Assembly: GCA_029939715.1 (NCBI GenBank)
Contig: JAOZSJ010000001.1
Location: forward strand, 1,614 to 65,613
Direction: 5' to 3'
DNA from: Desulfobacterales bacterium
Lineage (GTDB): Bacteria; Desulfobacterota; Desulfobacteria; Desulfobacterales; 4572-123
DNA: 64,000 nt
Shown: positions 47,242 to 56,786 of the stretch, piece by piece
How positions within the stretch are numbered: the stretch's first letter is position 1
How the letters are laid out: each line of letters starts with the position of its first letter
Notes under the pieces: generated by a model
What the model was told of the DNA's origin: nothing
Seen by the model: the letters and a program-made list of their open reading frames with translations, nothing else
Databases searched by the model: none
Position numbers and translations under genes: made by a program

Positions 47242-48708
47242 ATGAGCAGTAAAATTCTTATTAATGCAGTGGATTCGGAAGAGTGCCGGATCGCTAAAGT
47301 TAAAGACAGCCATCTTGAAGAATTTCATATTGAAAACGCGGCCAAGGAAGTTACACACGGCAATATCTACAAAGGCATCATCACCCGCATCGAGCCCAGC
47401 CTGCAGGCGGTATTTGTAAACTATGGAGCAGATCGGCACGGATTTCTGCAAAAACATGAAATCCACAGCGACTACTTCCAGGACAACCCTTCCGGCGGCC
47501 GCTCAATACAAAATATCGTCAAACGTGACCAGGAGCTGCTGGTACAGGTAACCAAAGACCCGATAATGAAAAAAGGAGCCATGCTCACTACCTATATCTC
47601 CCTGCCGGGAAGGTATACAGTTCTAATGCCGGGCGGTAAAACCCGCGGTATTTCGCGAAAAATCGAAGATGAAGCCGAACGTAATCGTTTAAAGGAGATT
47701 GTCGGCAAACTGAAACTCCCCGAGGAATTCGGAATTATTGTCCGTACTGTTGGCATAAACAGTACCAAAACTCTGCTGGACAAAGACCTGCGCTATTTAA
47801 TGCGGCTGTGGAAGAATATCAATAAGCAGGGCGTCAGCAAAAAGGCACCGGCCATTCTTTACAAAGAACGGAATCTGGCCATTCGCTCCATACGGGATTA
47901 TCTGACGCCGGAAATCACCGAAATCCTGATTGACGATCAAACCGTTTACAACGAAATCAAGGAATTTGTGCAGCTTATCGCTCCCAAGCAGAAAAAAATT
48001 GTCAAACTGCATAAAGACCCCAAACCGATTTTCACGAAACACCAGCTTGAAACCCAGATCGCATCTATCTTTGAAAGCCGGGTAGGCCTGCCCTCGGGAG
48101 GATCTATCGTGATCGATCAGACCGAGGCCCTGGTTGCAATAGATGTGAATTCCGGCAAGGCGACTCAAAAAAAATCCATTGAACAAACTGCATTGTTGAG
48201 CAATCTTGAAGCTGCCGAGGAGATCGCGCGTCAGCTCAGGCTCCGGGACCTTGGAGGATTAATTGTTATCGATTTTATTGACATGCGTGATTCAAAACAC
48301 AAAAACGAATTAGAGCGGGTTATGAGATCTCATCTGAAAATTGACAAAGCCCGCACCAAAACAGGCAGACTTTCCAAATTCGGCCTGATGGAAATGTCCC
48401 GGCAACGAATCAAACCTTCAATAGAATCCGCCAGTTTTGAGCCCTGCCGATACTGCCGGGGCAAGGGTCTGACGCCTTCCACGGAGACGCTGGCCCTTGG
48501 TTTTCTTCGTGAACTGCGCCTGAAAACCCTTAAGGGAGACATAGCTGCGGTTAACGGTAAGGTGCCGATGGAAGTGGCGGATTATCTTCTCAATAAAAAA
48601 CGCAGTGAAATTCTTGAGTTGGAAAGCAGGCGGAATCTATCCATTATCATCACTCCCGACAGCAGAATGATCCCCGGTGAAAGCAGTATCGCATGCGAGG
48701 AGCAATAA
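47242..48708 (+). CDS. rng: ribonuclease G (RNase E/G family)
   Basis: 488 aa with an N-terminal S1 domain (GNIYKGIITRIEPSLQAVFVNYG). ALVAIDVNSGK and GGLIVIDFIDM are the catalytic DNase-I-like motifs. A CRYCRGKG zinc link is present and the RNase E scaffold tail is absent. Confidence 0.9.
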   Translation: MSSKILINAVDSEECRIAKVKDSHLEEFHIENAAKEVTHGNIYKGIITRIEPSLQAVFVNYGADRHGFLQKHEIHSDYFQDNPSGGRSIQNIVKRDQELLVQVTKDPIMKKGAMLTTYISLPGRYTVLMPGGKTRGISRKIEDEAERNRLKEIVGKLKLPEEFGIIVRTVGINSTKTLLDKDLRYLMRLWKNINKQGVSKKAPAILYKERNLAIRSIRDYLTPEITEILIDDQTVYNEIKEFVQLIAPKQKKIVKLHKDPKPIFTKHQLETQIASIFESRVGLPSGGSIVIDQTEALVAIDVNSGKATQKKSIEQTALLSNLEAAEEIARQLRLRDLGGLIVIDFIDMRDSKHKNELERVMRSHLKIDKARTKTGRLSKFGLMEMSRQRIKPSIESASFEPCRYCRGKGLTPSTETLALGFLRELRLKTLKGDIAAVNGKVPMEVADYLLNKKRSEILELESRRNLSIIITPDSRMIPGESSIACEEQ

Positions 48709-48783
48709 AATGTATCTCCTGATTTATTTTTTTCCACACCCGAGCTCCAGTCTTCTGCCTGGTAAAGTATTGGGAGCAAACTA

Positions 48784-49581
48784 ATGCATCGTGAAAAAAA
48801 ACAAGTGTCGAACCGGGTTTACATTTTCGTTGTTATCGGCTCAATAGTCATGACCGCACTCATTGCCGGCATTTTCTACCTGCATGGCAAGAGCCCTGAA
48901 AAAACGGCGGAAACCGGTACGTCGATGCAGGTATCCATTAATTCTCCAATACCGGTACCGGCGCAGCCCTTGTTCATTGATTACCATAATCTGGATAAAA
49001 ATACCGAAATCAAGGATCTTCTGCAAAAAAGAAAGGATCGCTACGGAATCGATAAGGGACTTGATCTTATCGTCAAATCCGATGAAAGCCTCAAAGTTGG
49101 TGACACAACCATATCCATGAAAAAAATCATGGATACAATACGCTTAAAACATGGCGACATTCTTGAAAAAACTCTGGACCTGGCCGGAATGGATGCAGCC
49201 GACCAGGGCGCTTGCCAAAATGAAATATTCGGTATCTACATTGTCCGGCCCGGAGACAATATCTGGAATATACATTTTCAGTTTTTAAAAGATTTTTTTT
49301 CTCACAAAAACATTACGGTTTCTCCCATGGCCGACGAACCGGACAAACTCGGATTGAGTTCGGGCATCGGAAAGCTCCTGAAATTTTCTGAAACCATGAT
49401 TCATATATACAATATCACGGAACGCAGGCTCGACGTTGATCTGGACCTGATTCAACCATTTAATAAACTGGTTGTTTATAATATGGACCAGGTATTTGCG
49501 CTGCTGAACCAGGTCGATCATTCGCATGTCAACCATATCCGGTTTGACGGCGAGACCATATGGATTGTGGCAGATCAGTAA
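48784..49581 (+). CDS. membrane-anchored hypothetical protein with LysM-like segment
   Basis: 265 aa with N-terminal TM helix VYIFVVIGSIVMTALIAGIFYL. IYIVRPGDNIWNIHFQFL resembles a LysM start. Confidence 0.5.
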   Translation: MHREKKQVSNRVYIFVVIGSIVMTALIAGIFYLHGKSPEKTAETGTSMQVSINSPIPVPAQPLFIDYHNLDKNTEIKDLLQKRKDRYGIDKGLDLIVKSDESLKVGDTTISMKKIMDTIRLKHGDILEKTLDLAGMDAADQGACQNEIFGIYIVRPGDNIWNIHFQFLKDFFSHKNITVSPMADEPDKLGLSSGIGKLLKFSETMIHIYNITERRLDVDLDLIQPFNKLVVYNMDQVFALLNQVDHSHVNHIRFDGETIWIVADQ

Positions 49582-49602
49582 AGCCCCTTATTGGGGCTTT
49601 TT
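49581..49602 (+). terminator. rho-independent terminator
   Basis: AAGCCCC (49581-49587) / GGGGCTT (49593-49599) stem with a 5-nt loop and a T-tract, overlapping the stop codon of the upstream gene. Confidence 0.75.
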
Positions 49603-49659
49603 CAGTGGATACCCGATATTGTTTGAACCTGTTTTGTAAAAAATAATTACAAGAATTAT

Positions 49660-49688
49660 TTGACGTGCGCTGATATTTGAAGTATATC
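49660..49688 (+). promoter_or_regulatory. candidate sigma70 promoter for yajC-secDF, overlapped by an 11-bp perfect palindrome
   Basis: TTGACG (49660-49665), a 17-nt spacer, then TATATC (49683-49688). The palindrome TGCGCTGATAT-N7-ATATCAGCGCA spans 49666-49694. Confidence 0.35.
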
Positions 49689-49734
49689 AGCGCATTTTAG
49701 TATCTATTTTTTGGAAAATATAAAGGAGGATGTC

Positions 49735-50115
49735 TTGTTTAATATCGCATATGCAATGGGTCAGGGTGGCGCAGACGGAGCACAAGGTGGATTTGGAGCG
49801 TTTATTCCCCTTATTTTAATGTTCGTTATTTTTTATTTTCTGTTAATCCGGCCGCAGCAGAAAAAAACAAAAGAACACCGCGCAATGATCGGCAGCCTTA
49901 AAAAGGGTGACCGTATTATCACGGGCGGGGGAATTCATGGCCGAATTACAGGACTGGATGAAACAACCCTGACTGTTGAAATTGCCGACCGTGTTCGTGT
50001 AAAAGTCAACCGCGGGAACGTAACAGCCATGACTCAACCCGGCACCCAGCCGGCAGCAGCCAAAACCGAAAAAAAAGACTCCAAGAAAAAACCGGATAAG
50101 GCAGATAAAAAATAG
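49735..50115 (+). CDS. yajC: preprotein translocase subunit YajC
   Basis: FIPLILMFVIFYFLLIRPQQKKTKEHRAMIGSLKKGDRIITGGGIHGRI is the YajC signature. TTG 49735 lies 4 nt after AAGGAGGA. The track start is an upstream in-frame TTG (49711). Confidence 0.85.
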   Translation: MFNIAYAMGQGGADGAQGGFGAFIPLILMFVIFYFLLIRPQQKKTKEHRAMIGSLKKGDRIITGGGIHGRITGLDETTLTVEIADRVRVKVNRGNVTAMTQPGTQPAAAKTEKKDSKKKPDKADKK

Positions 50116-50247
50116 ACACAATGACTGAATTTCACAAGTTCAAAACGGCTCCACCGCGTTCTGCGGGTCCTGGGCCTTTATTAAAGAACTGATGTCTTTA
50201 TGAAAAACGACTTTGTGTTTAATTCTATTTGAGAAAGGAACAGTTCA

Positions 50248-51825
50248 TTGAAAAAGATTTCATGGCGGCTGGTGATCGTGATCGGGGTTATTATTGCTGC
50301 ATTCGTCTATGTTCTACCCACCTTCAAACCTGCCTTGTGGCCCCACAAGAAAATAAATCTGGGGCTCGATCTGCAGGGCGGCATGCACCTGGTTCTTGAA
50401 GTGGATACGGAAAAGGCTGTCGAAGGTACCGTTGAGCGCATAGCCCAGGAGCTAAAGGACCAGATAAAAAAAGAACGCATCCGGAATACAGGCATAGACC
50501 GCATAGAGGGCACAAAAATATCCGTTATTATCCGTGATCCCGATAATGTGGATGATGTGGACAAACTCCTTGACAAGGATTTTAAAGACCTCCGCATATT
50601 GTCGCGTTCCAAAGAGGGGGAAAATCTGGTTATAACCATGGATCTTCCCGACAATCGGTCCGACCAGATAAAAAAAATGGCCACCGACCAGGCCCTTGAA
50701 ACCATAAGAAACAGAATTGATCAGTTCGGGGTCAGCGAGCCCGACATTCGCCGACAGGGTGAAAAGCGCCTCCTGATACAGCTCCCGGGGATCAAGGACA
50801 CAAAAAGAGCCAAGGAACTTATCGGACGAACCGCCCAGCTGGAATTCAAACTCGTTGATGAAGCCCATGACCTGGATGCCGCACTGAAGGGCAATCTTCC
50901 CCCCGGCAGCCAGATTCTTTATCAGGTCAAGGAAGATCCGCTTACCCGTCGAACGAGCAAAACCCCTTTTCTCATCAAAAAAAGATCCCTTTTAAGCGGT
51001 GCCTATCTTACAGATGCCAGGGTTCAGATCGATTCCCAGTACAACGAACCTTACGTCGGTATCGATTTTAATCGTAAGGGCGCCAGAATTTTTGAACGAA
51101 TTACCGCTGCAAATGTAAAAAAACGGCTTGCCATCGTACTGGACAACAAAGTCTATTCAGCGCCTGTTATCCAGGAAAAAATATCCGGCGGATCGGCCCG
51201 CATTACAGGCAACTTCAGTACGGAGGAGGCCCGGGACCTGGCCATCGTGCTGCGCGCCGGCGCACTGCCGGCCCCGGTCAATATTATTGAAGAACGTACC
51301 GTCGGCCCATCACTGGGCTCCGATTCCATTAGCAAGGGGCTGATATCCATGTGTATCGGCGGAATTCTGGTCGTTCTTTTCATGATCATCTACTATAAAG
51401 CATCAGGTCTGATTGCGGATTTCGCCCTGATTTTAAACATCCTCCTGATTGCCGGCGGACTCGCCGGTTTCCAGGCGACTCTGACACTGCCGGGTATTGC
51501 CGGCATTATTCTTACAATCGGTATGGCCGTCGATGCCAACGTGCTTATTTTTGAACGTATAAGAGAAGAAATGGGTCTTGGCAAAACACCCCGCGCGGCG
51601 GTCGATGCAGGATACGCCAGAGCGACGTTGACTATCCTTGATGCCAATGTCACCACATTGATAGCAGCACTGGTACTGTTCCAGTTTGGAACCGGTCCGG
51701 TCAAGGGATTTGCCGTAACACTCAGTCTGGGAGTCATTGCCAGTCTGTTTACAGCCCTTGTGCTGACACGGGCTATATTCGATTACCTGTTGATTAACCG
51801 TAAAGCTAAAACCTTAAGCATCTAA
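50248..51825 (+). CDS. secD: protein translocase subunit SecD
   Basis: 525 aa. INLGLDLQGGMHLVLEVD, a periplasmic domain and C-terminal 6-TM motifs (GIAGIILTIGMAVDANVLIFERIREE). Confidence 0.95.
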   Translation: MKKISWRLVIVIGVIIAAFVYVLPTFKPALWPHKKINLGLDLQGGMHLVLEVDTEKAVEGTVERIAQELKDQIKKERIRNTGIDRIEGTKISVIIRDPDNVDDVDKLLDKDFKDLRILSRSKEGENLVITMDLPDNRSDQIKKMATDQALETIRNRIDQFGVSEPDIRRQGEKRLLIQLPGIKDTKRAKELIGRTAQLEFKLVDEAHDLDAALKGNLPPGSQILYQVKEDPLTRRTSKTPFLIKKRSLLSGAYLTDARVQIDSQYNEPYVGIDFNRKGARIFERITAANVKKRLAIVLDNKVYSAPVIQEKISGGSARITGNFSTEEARDLAIVLRAGALPAPVNIIEERTVGPSLGSDSISKGLISMCIGGILVVLFMIIYYKASGLIADFALILNILLIAGGLAGFQATLTLPGIAGIILTIGMAVDANVLIFERIREEMGLGKTPRAAVDAGYARATLTILDANVTTLIAALVLFQFGTGPVKGFAVTLSLGVIASLFTALVLTRAIFDYLLINRKAKTLSI

Positions 51826-51896
51826 ACCAATACAGGCTGCCGGCCCTCGGATCAGTAAACAACAAAACTGGCCGAGGGCAGCAATCCGGAGGCACA

Positions 51897-52931
51897 ATGC
51901 AGTTTATAAAACCCGATGTGAACATCGATTTTATCGGTAAACGAAAAATCGCTTTTATTGTATCCAGCGTTATGATCCTGATCAGTATTGCATCGCTTAT
52001 CATTCACGGGGGCCCCCGCTTCGGCATTGATTTTGCCGGGGGTACTCTTATTCAGGTTAAATTTTTCAGTTCGGCCGCCATTGATGATATCAAATCCGGC
52101 CTGAACACAATCGGATTGAACAAATCATCCGTACAAACGTTCGGCGCCGCGGAGGACAACGAATATCTCATCCGCACGGATAAGTCGCTTATGACTGATC
52201 ATGAATTTTCCGAAGAGGTGTCCAGGGCTCTCAAGTTTTCCACAAAAAATGATCTGGAAATCAGACGGATTGAAATGGTCGGCCCCCAGGTCGGCAAGGA
52301 TCTGCGTGAAAAGGCCCTGTTTGCCATGTTCTTTTCCCTGCTTTTTATTACGATCTATATCTCCGGCCGGTTTGAACTGAAATGGATATTAAGCGGTGTT
52401 ATGGCGGGCGCTCTGATGGGCGCAGTTTACTTCCTGTCTATTTTTAACGTCAGCATACCTTTTTTGATAGGGGCGGCTCTGGTCGTTACGCTGATTCTGT
52501 TCTGGTTCCTTAAACTCAAATATGCCATGGGGGCTATTGTGGCTCTTATTCACGATGTCTCGATCACCGTGGGCATCTTTTCCATCTGCGGAAAAGAATT
52601 TACATTGCCGATTATTGCGGCCCTGCTAACGATTATCGGCTATTCACTAAACGATACCATCATCGTTTTTGACCGTATCCGTGAAAACTCAAGAAAAAAT
52701 CAGAAGAATCCCCTGCATGCCATCATCAACCGCAGTATCAACGAGACACTTTCACGCACGATCCTGACTTCCCTTACTACTATGGCTGTAGTGGTGTGCC
52801 TCTTTGCCCTTGGTGGAGGTATCATTCATGATTTTGCCTTTGCAATGATCATTGGAATTCTTGTCGGAACCTATTCATCCATTTATGTAGCCAGCCCTAT
52901 TCTGATAGCCTGGCAGACCCAGAAAAAATAA
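51897..52931 (+). CDS. secF: protein translocase subunit SecF
   Basis: 344 aa. GIDFAGGTLIQVKF and YSLNDTIIVFDRIREN motifs. It follows secD. Confidence 0.95.
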   Translation: MQFIKPDVNIDFIGKRKIAFIVSSVMILISIASLIIHGGPRFGIDFAGGTLIQVKFFSSAAIDDIKSGLNTIGLNKSSVQTFGAAEDNEYLIRTDKSLMTDHEFSEEVSRALKFSTKNDLEIRRIEMVGPQVGKDLREKALFAMFFSLLFITIYISGRFELKWILSGVMAGALMGAVYFLSIFNVSIPFLIGAALVVTLILFWFLKLKYAMGAIVALIHDVSITVGIFSICGKEFTLPIIAALLTIIGYSLNDTIIVFDRIRENSRKNQKNPLHAIINRSINETLSRTILTSLTTMAVVVCLFALGGGIIHDFAFAMIIGILVGTYSSIYVASPILIAWQTQKK

Positions 52932-53025
52932 CCGGCATCCTGCATGATAAATTAAAATTGCTTCACGCTTTGTAAATCTTGTATCCTGGTAATGAAATTG
53001 GAAAAAAGGACGCCGTGGATCTTTT

Positions 53026-54144
53026 ATGAAAAATATTTTACCATGGGCTGCCCTGAAAACTGTTCCGGGCATTGGAAACCTTCTTTTCAAGCGGCTGTTT
53101 CAGCATTTTAAAACACCTGAATCAGTATTGGATGCGCCGATAGAGGCTCTGCTTCAGGTGGAAGGTATGACCACCCGTCTTGCCAATGCCGTAACCCGGC
53201 ACAGGATACCGGAAAAAGCCAAAAGGGATCTTGAACTTGCATTTAAAAAGGGCTTTAAAATCATAACCCTGGATGACAGTGCTTACCCTCCCCTGCTTCT
53301 GGAAATACCTGATCCTCCACCTTTTCTCTATGTTTGCGGCAATTTAAAAACCTCTTTGCTGAACATCGCTATCGTTGGATCCAGAAATGCTACCAAATAC
53401 GGCCTGACAATCACCCGGCGTCTGGGAGCGGACCTGGCGGCACTCGGCGTTACGGTGGTCAGCGGTATGGCCCTGGGAATTGATACGGCTGCTCATTACG
53501 GGGCCCTGGCAGGCCATGGAAATACAATCGCCGTACTGGGCAGCGGGTTGGATCGAATCTACCCCGCTTCAAATAAAAAACTATTTCAACAAATAGCCGA
53601 GCAGGGAGCCGTAATTTCCGAATTTCCCCTTGAAACCGAACCTGAAAGCCACAACTTTCCTCGGCGCAACAGGATCATAAGCGGAATATGCCAGGGCACG
53701 ATCATAGTCGAGGCCACCAGGCGCAGCGGATCACTCATCACCGCACGCATGGCTGCTGAACAGAACAGAGATGTTTTTGCCGTGCCGGGCAGCATTCACA
53801 GCTTTAAAAGCACCGGAACCCACACGCTGATCAAACAGGGAGCCAAACTGGTGGAAAACGCTCAGGATATTGTGGAAGAATTTGATCTGATTCTGAACAA
53901 TCCGGCAGCCATGGAAAGCAAGGATACAAAAACACCCCTGCAACTGACGCCGGATGAATCCATGGCTCTGGAATTGCTGGGACCCTATCCGATACATATC
54001 GACAACCTGGTAAGAAAAATGTCTATCGCACCGGGCAGACTCTCAAGCATATTGCTCAATCTGGAACTTAAGGGATTGCTCCAACAGTCACCCGGCAATT
54101 TATTCACCATTACGGATACCGGCAGTCAGGCAGCTAAAAATTGA
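53026..54144 (+). CDS. dprA: DNA-processing protein DprA (Smf)
   Basis: 372 aa. IAIVGSRNATKYG...VSGMALGIDTAAH...FPRRNRIISG...VVEATRRSGSLITA are DprA Rossmann-fold motifs. The dprA-topA synteny is conserved. Confidence 0.9.
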   Translation: MKNILPWAALKTVPGIGNLLFKRLFQHFKTPESVLDAPIEALLQVEGMTTRLANAVTRHRIPEKAKRDLELAFKKGFKIITLDDSAYPPLLLEIPDPPPFLYVCGNLKTSLLNIAIVGSRNATKYGLTITRRLGADLAALGVTVVSGMALGIDTAAHYGALAGHGNTIAVLGSGLDRIYPASNKKLFQQIAEQGAVISEFPLETEPESHNFPRRNRIISGICQGTIIVEATRRSGSLITARMAAEQNRDVFAVPGSIHSFKSTGTHTLIKQGAKLVENAQDIVEEFDLILNNPAAMESKDTKTPLQLTPDESMALELLGPYPIHIDNLVRKMSIAPGRLSSILLNLELKGLLQQSPGNLFTITDTGSQAAKN

Positions 54145-54181
54145 CTGCCGTAAAAAGCAAACCTGTATATGAGGGGTCAAA

Positions 54182-56443
54182 TTGACTAAACCGCTCGTGG
54201 TCGTGGAATCACCTACAAAAGTAAGAACAATCAATAAATATCTCGGTAATAAATTTAACGTTTCCTCCACCGTAGGGCACATTAAAGATCTTCCTCCCAG
54301 GGAACTCGGTATTGATATTGATGATGCCTTTAAACCGAAATACCGCACCATTGCCGGCAAAAGCAAAATTGTCCGGGCTCTAAAAAAAGCCGCCGGGGAA
54401 ACCACTGAAATATATTTAGCGTCCGACCCCGACCGGGAAGGAGAGGCTATTGCCTGGCATACGGCGGAAATTCTAAAAAAAAAGGGGAGAAAATTTTACC
54501 GTGTCCTTTTTCATGAACTGACCAAAAACGGAATTCAAAAGGCGATCCACAGCCCTGAAGAACTGAACAAAAATAAATATGAGGCCCAGCAGGCCCGCAG
54601 AATACTGGATCGGCTTGTCGGTTATCAGGTATCTCCCCTTTTATGGCGCAAGGTCAAGGGCGGGCTCAGTGCCGGCCGGGTTCAGTCCGTTGCCGTCAGG
54701 ATAATCTGTGAAAGGGAGCGCGCCATCTGGGCCTTTGATCCTGAAGAATACTGGACCATTACCGCTGACCTTGAAGGATCCGTTCCCCCTGTATTTTCCG
54801 CGAAACTGGCAAAAAAACAGGGCAAAAAAATTATAATTCCGGACAAAAATGCCTCGGACACGATCCTGAATGAACTGTCCGGTGCCAAATATATTGTCGA
54901 TAAAGTCACAAAAAAAACGACAAAACGAAATCCCCTGCCCCCTTTTATAACAAGCAAAATGCAGCAGGAGGCCATCCGCAAACTCAAATTTTCCGCAAAA
55001 AAAACCATGTCGGTGGCCCAACAGCTCTATGAAGGAGTTGATCTTGGCCCGGGAGAACCCACCGGCTTGATCACCTATATGCGAACGGACTCGATCCGTA
55101 TCGCTGCGGAAGCGGCCCATGAAGCGCTGGATCTTGTCCGCAAACAATTCGGCCCGGATTATGCGCTTGACAAACCACGGTTTTTTAAAAATCGCAACAA
55201 GGCTCAGGATGCACACGAGGCCATTCGGCCCACATCGGTTTTTCACACGCCCGAAAAGCTTACTCCATATCTTTCCAAAGACCAGTTGAAGTTATACCGC
55301 CTGATCTGGCAGCGATTTGTCGCATCCCAGATGCAGCCGGCCCTGATCAACCAGAACTCGATAGCCATTAAAGCCAATGCCTATACATTTACGGCCAGCG
55401 GTTCATCCGTCAAGTTTCCCGGATTCATGGCCCTTTACCTGTCGGCCGATGACGAGGCCGAAAAAAAAGAAAAAAAGCAGCAGCTTCCGGAGCTTGCAAA
55501 GGATGTTGAACTGAAAGTTCACGCCGTCAATCCAAAGCAGCACTTTACGCTGCCTCCACCTCGTTTCTCGGAAGCATCACTGGTCAAGGAACTGGAAGAA
55601 AACGGCATCGGGCGGCCCAGCACATACGCCTCGATTCTCACAACAATCCGGGACAAAGGGTACGTGGACTTTATGAAAGGCTATTTCAAACCCAGCGAGC
55701 TTGGATTTATTGTCAACGACCTTCTGGTACAGACCTTTCCGGATATCTTTTCAGTTGACTTTACGGCCAAACTGGAAAACCGCTTAGATGGCATAGAAGA
55801 GGCCCGGATCAAACTCATAGACGTGCTTTCCAAATTCTACAGCCCATTTTCAAAAAAGCTGGAAAATGCCCCGGACAGCATGCTGAGCATCAAGGGCGTG
55901 GGATTTGAAACCGATTTAAAATGCCCTGCCTGCAATGGGCCTCTGCATATTAAAGTCGGCAAAAACGGACCATTTATCGCCTGTAACAATTATCCGGAAT
56001 GCCGATTTTCCAGGGATTACACCCGCAATGAAAAGGGAGATATTCAACCGGTGGAATTACCCTCCGAAGAGGCCACCGATATAATCTGCGACCAGTGCGG
56101 CCGCCCCATGGTCATGAAAAGGGGCCGTTACGGCAATTTTCTGGCCTGCAGCGGTTACCCGGAATGTAAACACACCCAGTCCCTGGCCAACGGCAACGGA
56201 AAGGACCTGGGCATTGCATGCCCCGAACCGGGTTGTACCGGGAACATTGTTGAAAAAAAATCGCGCCGGGGTAAAATATTTTACGGGTGTAACCGTTTTC
56301 CCAAATGCACCTTTGCCACATGGGACAAACCCATAGACAAGCCCTGCCCCAGGTGCGGTGCTAAATTTATGGTAGAAAAAACTACAAAAAAACAAGGGAC
56401 CTTTCTGAATTGTATCAACCCTGAATGTAAATACCGGGAATAA
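54182..56443 (+). CDS. topA: DNA topoisomerase I
   Basis: 753 aa. Toprim LVVVESPTK...ASDPDREGEAIAWH, an active-site region ITYMRTDS, and multiple C-terminal C4 zinc ribbons (CPACNG, CDQCGR, CPEPGC, CPRCG). TTG start after GAGGGG. Confidence 0.95.
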   Translation: MTKPLVVVESPTKVRTINKYLGNKFNVSSTVGHIKDLPPRELGIDIDDAFKPKYRTIAGKSKIVRALKKAAGETTEIYLASDPDREGEAIAWHTAEILKKKGRKFYRVLFHELTKNGIQKAIHSPEELNKNKYEAQQARRILDRLVGYQVSPLLWRKVKGGLSAGRVQSVAVRIICERERAIWAFDPEEYWTITADLEGSVPPVFSAKLAKKQGKKIIIPDKNASDTILNELSGAKYIVDKVTKKTTKRNPLPPFITSKMQQEAIRKLKFSAKKTMSVAQQLYEGVDLGPGEPTGLITYMRTDSIRIAAEAAHEALDLVRKQFGPDYALDKPRFFKNRNKAQDAHEAIRPTSVFHTPEKLTPYLSKDQLKLYRLIWQRFVASQMQPALINQNSIAIKANAYTFTASGSSVKFPGFMALYLSADDEAEKKEKKQQLPELAKDVELKVHAVNPKQHFTLPPPRFSEASLVKELEENGIGRPSTYASILTTIRDKGYVDFMKGYFKPSELGFIVNDLLVQTFPDIFSVDFTAKLENRLDGIEEARIKLIDVLSKFYSPFSKKLENAPDSMLSIKGVGFETDLKCPACNGPLHIKVGKNGPFIACNNYPECRFSRDYTRNEKGDIQPVELPSEEATDIICDQCGRPMVMKRGRYGNFLACSGYPECKHTQSLANGNGKDLGIACPEPGCTGNIVEKKSRRGKIFYGCNRFPKCTFATWDKPIDKPCPRCGAKFMVEKTTKKQGTFLNCINPECKYRE

Positions 56444-56563
56444 AAACAGGAATAACGATACAAAATCAACAAAATAGAAATAATTTTAACTTATTATGAA
56501 AGATGCCATAAAAAACTTGACTTTGGTTATAATGATTGATAGTAACATTTACTCAAAATCAAG

Positions 56564-56677
56564 ATGGAAGAAGAAATGACAAATATCACAGCCCTTATCA
56601 GCCTTCTAAGCATAATTATCCTCCTCGTCGTAGGTGTCCTTGCCTGCCACGAGGAAAAATGGTTGATAACGCCGTAA
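56564..56677 (+). CDS. ilv operon leader peptide (37 codons, Ile/Leu/Val-rich)
   Basis: MEEEMTNITALISLLSIIILLVVGVLACHEEKWLITP has 16/37 residues as I/L/V. The run ALISLLSIIILLVVGVL is 13/17 I/L/V. It lies between a candidate promoter (TTGACT 56517-56522) and an intrinsic terminator just upstream of ilvB. An alternative start is ATG 56576, behind GGAAGAAGAA. Confidence 0.6.
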   Translation: MEEEMTNITALISLLSIIILLVVGVLACHEEKWLITP

Positions 56678-56717
56678 TTTAAGTAAAATACAGGAAATTC
56701 AAAATCCGTTATCAGCC
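56661..56717 (+). promoter_or_regulatory. antiterminator helix of the ilv attenuator
   Basis: GGTTGATAACG (56661-56671, last leader codons) can pair with CGTTATCAGCC (56707-56717), giving 10 Watson-Crick pairs plus 1 G-U. This sequesters the 5' arm of the terminator. GATAACG occurs twice (56665 and 56727). Confidence 0.55.
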
Positions 56718-56744
56718 TCAGGGGCCGATAACGGATTTTTTTTT
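56702..56744 (+). terminator. attenuator terminator upstream of ilvB
   Basis: A 12-bp perfect stem, AAATCCGTTATC (56702-56713) / GATAACGGATTT (56727-56738), with a 13-nt loop. The T-run extends to 56744 (9 T in total), 42 nt before the ilvB ATG. Confidence 0.75.
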
Positions 56745-56786
56745 ATAAAACTCATATTAATTAATAAAAAAGACAAGGAATCTGCA

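Noticed and set aside
56496-56579. 27-codon ORF (MKDAIKNLTLVIMIDSNIYSKSRWKKK) overlapping the start of the ilv leader peptide
   Set aside because: The best promoter candidate (TTGACT 56517-56522) lies inside it and it has no SD. Its ILV content is modest. It is probably fortuitous, though a second upstream leader cannot be excluded without TSS data.
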